In this document: positions 29,326 to 38,584 of the stretch, piece after piece
Position numbering within the stretch: the first letter of the stretch is position 1
How the letters are laid out: every line of letters begins with the position of its first letter
DNA from: Candidatus Moanibacter sp.
GTDB lineage: Bacteria > Verrucomicrobiota > Verrucomicrobiia > Opitutales > UBA2987
NCBI GenBank assembly: GCA_965215885.1
Contig: CBDCEW010000094.1
Coordinates: 32,001-96,000, forward strand
DNA length: 64,000 nucleotides
Direction: 5' to 3'
Notes under the pieces: model-generated
The model's input: only the letters and a program-made list of their open reading frames with translations
Databases searched by the model: none
Told to the model about the DNA's origin: nothing
Translations under genes and position numbers: made by a program

Positions 29326-29781
29326 GTCACCATGAGCACCTTGGCGGAAAAGCTTGGTTCCACACGTCACTTGTCGGCTCTGCGCCACAGGCTCTTACGG
29401 TTGGGTTTGAATGACGAGAACACATGGATGCAAGTGGCTGACCCTGGAAGTCCTTTCCCGAAGGGGTCTTGCCTCATTGGAGCCGTTTCGTCATTCAGAG
29501 CGGTAAGATGAGACCGGGGAGGTGTGCTGAACAGGTCCGATGGCTTCGCCCGATAGATCAATGAATGTGGATTCCCCTAATTCATGACCTCGAAATTCTC
29601 ACCACGCCGTGGGAAACGTCCGAATCGCGCAGCGATCCGGCTACCCTTATCAACGAGCTAATTTTTCTTCGTAGCCGGACCGCTCTTGAACCTCGTAGTA
29701 TTGCTCATCGAGATCGAAGTGCATTCCGGATCAGCTCTTTTGGCAAAGACCGGCAAGAACTTGGGGTTTCTCATATATTAC

Positions 29782-30693
29782 TCATTGCAGGTCAGCGTAG
29801 GGTTCCCCACCAGTGAGATTGCCGCTGGCATAGACGTCGCGGAATAATGTCTGCCGTTTGGGCGGCATGGCGGCGATTTGGTCGGGATGTGGGCGCGACC
29901 GCGACCAACGGGTGTTGACGTTGTTGTAGGCGTTAAAAATGGCCACGCGGTCGATATCGGGGTTCATCCAGGTTTGTCCGCTGTGAGTAGTGGATTCCGT
30001 AAAGATAATGACCGAGCCGGCGGGGCACGAATAGGTCTCCCAGAGCGGCGATTCCGGATGATAAGCGGATTCCGGACCGGTGTATGCGGACTTGTGGCTG
30101 CCGGTGATGAAGAGTGTGCCTCCATCTCCCTTTTCAACAGGATTCAACTCCCAGACGACACGGGTGAGGCCGGCGTTGGCCTTGCCGGGGATGCAGTTGT
30201 AGGTATGAGAATCGCCCGGCATGCGAAACATGCCGTTTCCGTTGTGTGCATGAAAGAGATTCGGTTCCTCATCCGTAGACGTACGCAGGGCGAGGAAGCT
30301 CATCTCCATCCGAAATCCGTAGCACTCTTCGTTCGCGACATACGGACTTGCGAGAAATTCCCGTGCGAAACCGACCACCACCGGATGATCGGTCAGCCTT
30401 TCAAGGGGACCGCCGTAGGTTCTCCGGTGGGGTTCCGGAATCGATTCGGGGTCGCGCTTAAGGCGATAACAGAAATCGCGCATCTCCTCGATGTCGGCAT
30501 CACTGAGCACGCTCGGAATCAATAGCCATCCCCAGGTATCAAACACATATTTCTGCTCCTGCGTAAGGGGTACGACCGGCTCGCCGTCGGCGTTCGTGTA
30601 CGGCGGCAAGTCGGACATCGGCCGGAGCGGTTGGCCCAGGTTCTTGTTGAAGAGTAGCGGTTCTGCGGTTGGAATGGTCGTGGCTTCTTTCAT
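29782..30693 (-). CDS. PhyH-like Fe(II)/2OG oxygenase with HxG-type iron site
   Basis: QKYVFDTWGWL, FHAHNGNG, VWELNPV..GDGGT..I.GSHK, FTESTTHSG. Confidence 0.85.
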   Translation of the reverse strand: MKEATTIPTAEPLLFNKNLGQPLRPMSDLPPYTNADGEPVVPLTQEQKYVFDTWGWLLIPSVLSDADIEEMRDFCYRLKRDPESIPEPHRRTYGGPLERLTDHPVVVGFAREFLASPYVANEECYGFRMEMSFLALRTSTDEEPNLFHAHNGNGMFRMPGDSHTYNCIPGKANAGLTRVVWELNPVEKGDGGTLFITGSHKSAYTGPESAYHPESPLWETYSCPAGSVIIFTESTTHSGQTWMNPDIDRVAIFNAYNNVNTRWSRSRPHPDQIAAMPPKRQTLFRDVYASGNLTGGEPYADLQ

Positions 30694-30946
30694 GACATTA
30701 TACTAACAAGTGGCTTGGAAGCAGTGTCAAGCGGGTTAGGCCTTAGTACTCGAGTACTTCGATTCCCAACTCCAACTGAACAATCGGTTGTCTGCTTTGG
30801 CAAGGATGGATGAGAAGCCGAAAGCGTAGCCGCGGCCGCGGCTACAGAGGTCTTTCATTCTGATATCCACCAAAGCGGGACGAAGAGGGACGAGTCGCGA
30901 CGGAGGAAGGGTGTATTTCCACGGAGCCGAATGTACACGACACTAC

Positions 30947-32052
30947 GACTATTTACCTATAATCTAAACTTATACAATTTAAACAGCAATAGTAGGGTAG
31001 AGGGTAGTGATTTTATCGGTATAGATAGTCTGTCCCTACGGATTCCCTGTCCTTAAGGGTCTACAGCAGATCTGTGGGTGGGTAATTACAAGAGGAAATA
31101 CGGTGACGCACAAGGAGAAGTCAGGGTGCTGCCCTGAATCCCGCTCCTCCACAGCCGGAGGGGCTGGTCGGTGTTTTCTTTGCATATGGGATTGAAAGGT
31201 TGAAGCACCGGGCCGTTCCGAGGATGAAAGTAGTACCGAAAATACATTAGTGCTCATCAAAACGCTACCGGTGCTATTGGCTAGCTTTGTTTCGAGTATG
31301 GAAATGGTGAAATCGGTAGGCGATTGTGGTGCAGATTGAGCCGCGCAAGAAACGGGGTGTGGCCGGACGGCCAGCGGCTACAACATGAGCGAGGCGTAGG
31401 CATTTTGAATTTGTGCCCTTGTGGGGGATGAAGGGTATAAATTCGTTACCGCATGCGGCGGGTCAATTGCCGGCGGTGCGGGGTGAAGGTCGAAGAGGTG
31501 CCCTGGGCCAAGGGCAAGAGTCATCTGAGTTGGCCAATGCCTGGCCCAGTGGGCGAGGCGCTTGAGCTGGGAAGAGACGGCAAGGGTTTTTCGCACGAAC
31601 TGGCGCAACGTCTTCGAGTCGGTCGAGGCGATGGTGCGTTGGGGGCTTTCGGGATTCGATCGGATCCAGTATCCGAGGCTCACCGTGGTCTACCAGCTTG
31701 ACGAGGGGCGGCGGCGGCTAGTATTCAATAAGCGCAACGGCTCTTGCGTTTTTTCTGGGAATTGGGAGCGCAAAAGAGCAGCCAGATCGCTACGGATCTG
31801 TGGAAGCCTTACCTCAAAGTGGAAAAAGGCACCCCAGGCGCTGCACATCCTCGATCGCTTCCACTTGGTAGCCAACCTGAACAAGGCCCTCAGATACACG
31901 CGGAAGCCAGGCTGCAACGGGGGACTTTTACCTATAATCTAAAGCTTATACAATTCTGAAAAAAACGCGCGCCAGCAAGGTTCGTGCGCTAGTAGGGTAG
32001 TGCGGCATTTTTATCGGTATAAGATAGTGCTGTCCCTAATAATTCCCTGTCC
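30947..32052. repeat. Imperfect ~105-130 bp direct repeats (30947-31052, 31923-32052) bracketing the ISL3 remnant
   Basis: Both read TTTACCTATAATCTAAA(G)CTTATACAATT...TAGTAGGGTAG...TTTTATCGGTATA...CTGTCCCTA...ATTCCCTGTCC. Confidence 0.75.
31250..31920 (+). pseudogene. Degraded ISL3-family transposase
   Basis: Fragments across frames: HFEFVPLWG, RRVNCRRCGVKVEEVPWAKGKS, SWEETARVFRTNW, TDLWKPYLKV, ALHILDRFHLVANLNKA. Confidence 0.85.
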
Positions 32053-32301
32053 TGATAATAATTCCTAATAATTGCGTTTCTCAGATCCTCCGGGCTTGTC
32101 CCGGAGAGTTTCAGGGTTTCCTTCCTACTTGGGGATTGACGGGAAACCTAACAATCCCCAGGGCAAGCGCTGGGGGATTCTTTCTGGAACGAGTCTGGCT
32201 GCGCGTAGCGGGAATCCTCAAATTACCCCACGGCAACCGTCGACGCCCTTTGGTTTGTTACGTGCCAAGAGCGTGGGGGATGCCCAATTTGGGCGCTGAA
32301 C

Positions 32302-34335
32302 TTATCTCGGCGAAAATATAGAATCTGGCAATCCGAGTGTCTTCGCGTGTTTGCGCAGGCGGGCCCTGTTCCAAGGCTTCATCCGCGCATCCCACGGCTC
32401 TTCGATGGCCAGGCGCTTTCGCCGCAACGCGCGGTAGAGGTCCGGCAGGTCAAAATGGGGGAGCGGCTTCCATGGAAGCGATGACGCCGGCCAGTCGTAT
32501 ACGTCTGTCTGCGTGAGCTCGTGAAAGGAAAGCAGCGCGTTTTTCAGCGTAACGCGCTTGACCAGTGGATGGAGCACTCCCGCGAAGGCGGCGACGATTG
32601 AGCCGAGACCCCGGCCGACCAGATGGACGCGCCGCGCGCCTTGCGCTTCTAGCAGGTCGAGGGCGGCGAGCACGTCGTGGGTACGGCGCGCGACATAGCT
32701 GACGCCGAGCATCTGCCCATGTGAGGCGTAAAAGTAATCGACACCGTATGGCTCGAAGAAGTCGCGGCTTCCGCAGGTCAGCGCGGTCATGCGCCCGATA
32801 CCACGGGCTTCCACGGCAAAGAAGCCGCCGTCTGGATCGCCGGCGGGCGCTTTCCCATCGAGCAAATCCTTTCGTGTGGAGGTATGCGGGATATAGACTG
32901 TCAGATCTCGCGGGGGCGAAGGATGTGCGAGATAGGAAGGTCGCGGGGGGCCGGACTGCGGATCGATGTGAAGGAGTATGGCCGTAATGCCATCGTGTTG
33001 CGGTTCGGTTTCGAGGCCGTAAAGCCAAAGCCGTCGAAAGCGCGAAGGGTCGAGCGCCGCTTCGCCGACCGCGCGCAGGGTTCGGAAATGGGGTGGGCGG
33101 TTGCGCGCGGGAAGATTCAGCACCTTCGGCAGCAGGCCTGACAGTTGGGCCGCGGGAACCCGGGAACGCAGCTTCGCCAGGCCGCGCGCGGACTCCGCGA
33201 TGAAATCGCATGCGCGCCTGGCGCCTGGCAGCTTTAATACGTCGCCGACCGGCGTAGCGTAGAGCGTTTCGTCCTTTTCCGCGCGGTCGGTCGGTTCCTT
33301 TGCCGCAATCTCCACGCCGGCGTGCTTGGCGAAGAATCCGTAACAGGCCTCCCGAGCCTGGCGTTCGAGACTGTGCGAGTGACGGCCGGCGTAGAGTTGA
33401 ATCGCATCGGGAGCGCCAAGCAGGCGGTAGACTTTCTGCAAACGGGCAAAGGTCCGGCGTGTGCCGCGGTTGTCGAAGTAATCGTGCTCCTCGGACAGCA
33501 GGATCGTTGGACGTGGCGCATAGGCGATCATGAAATCGGCCATGTCCAACCCTTCCGCGAGCATGCGCGGCGGCATCTGCTCGGCGTCGGCCGGAATCTC
33601 GTTTTCCAGGTTCGACAGATAGTCGGTCACGAAGCAGTCCGGCGCGGCGAAAGCGAAGCGATCATCCACCGCGGTGAGGTAAACGGTCATGGTGCCCCCT
33701 CCGGAGCAACCGGTGACACCGACGCGCTTTTTATCGACTTCGGGGCGTGACAGGAGCAGGTCCATGGCGCGAATCCCGTCCCAGAGACGCCACCGACCGA
33801 AGAAATCGCCGAGCAGAGTCATTTGATTGCCGGCCATGTTGTGCTCGCGGCAGGAGTTGCCATCGCAGGCCTCCCCGTATTGATTGGACCGCTCGCCCTG
33901 GCTGACCGGATCGAAGACGAGCGAGACAAAACCCTTGCGCGCAAACACCCGGGCGAGGGTCTGATATTCCAGCCGCGCCTTGCCATTGGCGGAATGGCCG
34001 CATGGCTCGAGAACGGCTGGGAAGGGGCCGTCGCCCTTGGGTAGGTAGAGGTTGGCCGTGACGAAATAGCCAGGGCGGCTCTCGAAGATCAGCTTTTCAA
34101 CGGTGTGGTCCACACGCTCGAGTGTGCCGGTCTGCCGCACGTTCAGCGGCGTGCGCTCCGGCGACGGCCCGAATATTCGGCGCAACTTTCGGCGCGAAGA
34201 GCTGCGCAACCGTTCGGCATCGCGCCGTGTGCGCAGCTTCGCGATCCTCCGATCGTATGCATCCGCCAGATCACGCAAGCGGCGCAGGAAGAGATCCTGC
34301 ACGGCGTGTGGAAATACATGCTCGTTGAATTGCAT
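32302..34335 (-). CDS. Two-domain alpha/beta hydrolase (acetylxylan esterase-like)
   Basis: EKLIFESRPG..VTANLY.P, PCGHS.NGK, GVTGCSGGG nucleophile elbow, DAEQ; second domain degenerate (LVGRGLG). Confidence 0.85.
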   Translation of the reverse strand: MQFNEHVFPHAVQDLFLRRLRDLADAYDRRIAKLRTRRDAERLRSSSRRKLRRIFGPSPERTPLNVRQTGTLERVDHTVEKLIFESRPGYFVTANLYLPKGDGPFPAVLEPCGHSANGKARLEYQTLARVFARKGFVSLVFDPVSQGERSNQYGEACDGNSCREHNMAGNQMTLLGDFFGRWRLWDGIRAMDLLLSRPEVDKKRVGVTGCSGGGTMTVYLTAVDDRFAFAAPDCFVTDYLSNLENEIPADAEQMPPRMLAEGLDMADFMIAYAPRPTILLSEEHDYFDNRGTRRTFARLQKVYRLLGAPDAIQLYAGRHSHSLERQAREACYGFFAKHAGVEIAAKEPTDRAEKDETLYATPVGDVLKLPGARRACDFIAESARGLAKLRSRVPAAQLSGLLPKVLNLPARNRPPHFRTLRAVGEAALDPSRFRRLWLYGLETEPQHDGITAILLHIDPQSGPPRPSYLAHPSPPRDLTVYIPHTSTRKDLLDGKAPAGDPDGGFFAVEARGIGRMTALTCGSRDFFEPYGVDYFYASHGQMLGVSYVARRTHDVLAALDLLEAQGARRVHLVGRGLGSIVAAFAGVLHPLVKRVTLKNALLSFHELTQTDVYDWPASSLPWKPLPHFDLPDLYRALRRKRLAIEEPWDARMKPWNRARLRKHAKTLGLPDSIFSPR

Positions 34336-34454
34336 GAGAAAGTAAGGAAAATACTGTTACGTTCTTCATTATTATTGAACGAGTCCCCGAGTAAAGGGAT
34401 ATACCGGGAGAAGATCGACTGAGGATCGCAGCAAACAGTGATCTAAAGTCGAAA

Positions 34455-35090
34455 TGGATTCGACAAGGTTCGGGACGAGGTTCGGGAGAAGGTTTCCCTC
34501 TCGGGTGGTCCGGATTGAAGGGAAGGGGAAACTCAGAGGAGGAGTTCGAATCACCTATGTTCAAACCTCGTCGCAAACCTTGTCCCGAACCTTGTCGATA
34601 TCGCGCTGCCGATTTGTAAAAGCACTCCGCCTCCTTCGCTTGAGCAGCTTCGGAGGGCAGGCGCGTTCCTCTAAGGGGCGTACGCTCATCTTAGCCCATT
34701 TCGTCAGGAATTTGACTATGTAGCCGGCTTCGCAAGAAGGGGGGGGCGAAGCTCGAAACGCCTAACCAGGTAATCACGGCCGCTTTAGGGATCGACCGTA
34801 AGACCGAACGCTTGCGCGTCCGGCTACCTCGTGATATAAAATCGAAAGAAGGGAAGATCGACTGGGGATCACGATTGAGAGGCACGATGGGAGAACAACG
34901 AAAAGAGGCTAGCAACGAATGAATGAAGGGCAACGAATAGAAATGAAACCGGATGGATCTTTTGTCGTCGTCATAATCATAATCGTAATCGAAATTCGAG
35001 AAACAGAAATCGACAATCGACTACGATTACGACGACGACATTCGAGTGGATATTCAATGAATCCGTAATCGCGATCTAAAACGAAAATGG
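34455..35090. repeat. Intergenic repeat composite (12-bp GACAAGGTTCGG-type and 6-bp GATTAC-type units)
   Basis: 34460-34600 is an inverted copy of about 51580-51700; 34990-35075 is an inverted copy of about 51880-51965. Confidence 0.7.
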
Positions 35091-35884
35091 ATTCGACCCG
35101 TCGTCGCTCCTTCCGGTATTAATATTTTCTTTCAAATCTAAAGCGAAGCACGAAAAGGCTATCCGGATGTCAAAACCTTCCGCTCAACTGAGTCTCGATA
35201 AAGTTGAGGAGCGCCATGTAATCGTGGCGCGAAGCGACGAGCTCTACGAAGCTTTTCCGGACCTTTGCCTGATGCCTTCGGGGAAGCTCTATTGCCTTTA
35301 TCGCGAGTCGGACCTGCATGCCGCCAATTGGACACGGACCGTGCTGATCGAAAGCGATGACCGTGGACGGACATGGAAGAATAAGCAGGTGATTTCCGAC
35401 TTGAAGTTCAACTTGCCGCGAATCACGCGTCTTTCGAATGGGCGCTTAGTGATCAATGGCGATGTCGGCGACACTAACTACCTCTTCTGGTCGGATGACG
35501 GTGGCGAGACATGGAGCAAACCGCAACGAGTCTCGATCAGCGGGCAATGTCCGGACCGGATTGTTGAATTGCGCGACGGCAGTTTGCTTTGTAGCGCTGA
35601 GCGCCAGCGCGGCGGCGACCAGACACGAGTTTACCGTCCCGCGGCTCAAAATCTCTATCAGTACCGCAGCGCCGACGGCGGCAAGACGTGGCACGATGCG
35701 GGCCTGATGTTCGAGGACCGGATCTGGGGAGGTTGCGGTGAAGGCGCGACGGTGGAGTTAATGGACGGAACGTTGAGTTGCCATATCCGCAACTCGGCTG
35801 GTTACGCGTATCCATCACTCAAGATCATATCCCGAGATGGTGGCAGGACGTGGTCTGACTAGAATGGCGCTAAGATAAGCCCGA

Positions 35885-37471
35885 TTAACGACGATTTTTG
35901 CCTTTGTTTCTGCGCGAGCGCGAGACTTTCATTTTCCCTCGCGGCTTCGTTAGTAATTGGTAAGGTTTCGGTCTTCGTTTGACCGCTCGTGGTTCGCTGC
36001 GGTGTTCTCGTAGTGGAACAGTCTCCTCGGCAATAATCAGAACCATCTCGTCAATGATGCGTTGTTGCTTTCGAGGTTGCTTGCGGGTGGCGTTCAGAGC
36101 GGTGCAGTACTGCCGAACGGTGTCGACCGTGCTCTTGAAGCTGAGCCGATGCAGGTCACGCTGATAGAGGGTGGCGGGGTGTTGCATGAGGGCGCGGATG
36201 AGATTATAGGCGATAAAGAACAGCTGGATTTCCTTACGCACCATTTCGGGAGTAAGGCAGCGTACCGTTTCCATCTTCATAGTCGTTTTAATGTCGCGAA
36301 AAAACAGTTCCACTGACCAGCGGCGGAAGTAGAGATCGGCCAGATCCTCTACGGTGTATTGGAGGGGGTCGGTAAAGGTGGTCACAAGATCGATCTTTCG
36401 GGTACGGAATCCTTTGATCTGAACGAAGAAACGCACCATTCGCAGAGTCAGTTCGGCCGGTAATTGAGCCCATTCTTCCGGGCTGAACCCGTGCTGTCTC
36501 TGCGGTTTTTTCCAGGTCACCAGCCGATCGTATCGGCCCAGTGTTTGGCCGCTACGGAAGTCGCATTTGCGCCTTTGGTGCAGGCGCATGACCGCGTCCA
36601 TTTGATGGTTTAGAAGCAGCCCCAGATTGGCATAAGAGCAATAACCGCGGTCGCACAGAACCACCTCTGCTTTTTTCAAATACCCAACGAATTTGCGCAA
36701 AATGCCGCTTTCATGGTTTTTTAAGGTGGTCTCGACACAGTGCAGCAAGGCCCCGCTGGCCAAACAGAAACAGCCCACCAGAAGCATGACGGGAAATCCG
36801 CACCCCTCTTTCTGCCCCCCGGGTTGGGGAAAGGCCCTCTGGTTCTGCTCGGTATCGGGCATACTGATCCCAGTACCGTCTATCACTCTGACCTCGTGCC
36901 CCTTCCACCGCTGCGCTTGCCTTACCTCCTTGTGTATCTGCTCGCTGACCTCTTCACCGATCTTTTGTAAGTCCTCTATACCTATGCGCTGACGTGCCTG
37001 GCAATAGGCCGAGGTGGAGGAACTGGGCAGGTTCAACTCCCGCTCACTACAGTAGCTCTGCACCTTTCTGACGACCTCCCGGCAGGCTGTCTGCGGGGAG
37101 AGCACCTGGAACAGAAAGCCCCAGAAGGTCGTTCTGAGTGAGTAGACTCGTTCCCGGCTGTTTTCTTTTTCGCTCTTGGGTTGCAAAACTCCCAGAGGAA
37201 TCCACCGATCAAACAGATCCGACAACTCCGATAGAGTTGACTCTCTTAGATGAGCCAGTTTTTGCTTTAATCGCTTCGGGTTTAATCGCGGGTTTAATTC
37301 CCCGAAGCTTGCTTCGGGCCTTTAATTCCCCGAAGCTTGCTTCGTTTCTAATTCATAAAGTCTAATATCAAATGCCTCGGGGCTTGCCCCGAGGATCTTT
37401 ACTTGTGCCAGGGCCGACTTAGGCGGGCGACCGCATAGAATGTGATTAAACCCAGGCAGGAATCTTGTCAT
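35885..37471 (-). pseudogene. IS4 DDE transposase with N-terminus interrupted by a 132-bp insert
   Basis: VIDGTG, LCDRGY, LYFRRWSVELFFRDIK (YREK motif), EPRAVKRRPK. The start MTRFLPGF at 37471 rejoins KQKLAHLRE when the insert is removed. Confidence 0.85.
37265..37401. mobile_element. 132-bp hairpin MITE (IS200/IS605-like ends) inside the IS4 transposase
   Basis: CCTCGGGGCTTGCCCCGAGG hairpin, two copies of TTTAATTCCCCGAAGCTTGCTTCG, flanking CTTTA direct repeats. Confidence 0.75.
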
Positions 37472-38584
37472 ATTTTTCATACAACAAGATTAGCCTACTA
37501 ACGGTCATAGTACAAGCTTTTTTACATATTTTTTACAATTATTTTTGGCTTATCTTAGCGCCATTCTGGTCTGACTATCGATTATCCGGCACCTTTGGCG
37601 GCATGCATCGCGCTGGACTTCTACGGGACGGCAGGATGCTCATTACCTACAGGCAGATGGCAGGTAACAGTTCCCTTTCGGCCTGGTGCGGCGACCCGAT
37701 TGAGGAAGTCGGCTACTGCGTTCCGTCGCGTTGGGGCGACGACGACGGCGCTCTCCTCATGGAAGATGCGTTGCGCATAGGAACGACGGGAGACGGTTCG
37801 ACATTCACCATGAGGGAGACCAGGCATGGCGATGCGGTGGTGGATTGGAAATCGGATCAGGAAGCCGTCGTGCCGCCCGTATACTTTCTGCCTCCTCCGG
37901 AATTCGACGACAGTATCGTGACGATCGATGCTACCTTGCGGGTTGTTCGCAATGACACCGGTCTGGCTTCGACAGTTAACGTTACCTGTGCCGCGGAGGT
38001 TCTCTTTTATCCGGATCGTGTGGAGGTTTTGGGCGCGCCTGATGCATCCTATCAACTCGACGCGACGAGATTTCATGATTACCGAATCAGGCGAAACGCC
38101 GACAGCCTGACGATCGAGGTCGATGGCATCGAGCGCATCCGCACGAACAAACTAGTGCGCACTTGCGGACTTCACCGCGATCGGGTGAACTGGGGACAAG
38201 ATCGCACAACCTTCGGCACTACGTTCCGCGCCTGGGACCACCTGGACATGAAGAAGTGGAAAGGTAGCGTTTGGCGCTGGGATAATTTTGAGCGAGCCAG
38301 GCAGGTTGGAATTGGCGAGAGCTACTGGAAATCAGTCAAGATTACGGTTAGTAATCAAAGCACCATGGATCTATCATGGTCATGGGACGCCGCCGGCGGC
38401 ACCTATCCTGACCAATACCAGCGGGATCACGTGGTGGAAGTGGACTGGGATCCGCAAGCCGATTATGGCGGCAGCGATTGGGTGCAATTTCCCGACGGTG
38501 AGATATTTGTCGCCTACTTCACCGCGGAAGAGACACACCATCAGCGTCCCTACATCAAAGGCTGCTATCTGTATCCCGGCGACT

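Larger units (their letters stand above)
35862..37566 (-). mobile_element. IS4-family insertion sequence, 1705 bp
   Basis: Perfect 20-bp TIRs GAATGGCGCTAAGATAAGCC; 11-bp target duplication TGGTCTGACTA at 35851-35861 and 37567-37577. Confidence 0.95.

Noticed and set aside
37465..37566. Apparent signal peptide on ORF 37465-38610
   Set aside because: It is translated IS4 terminal sequence; the ORF is the 3' half of the interrupted gene
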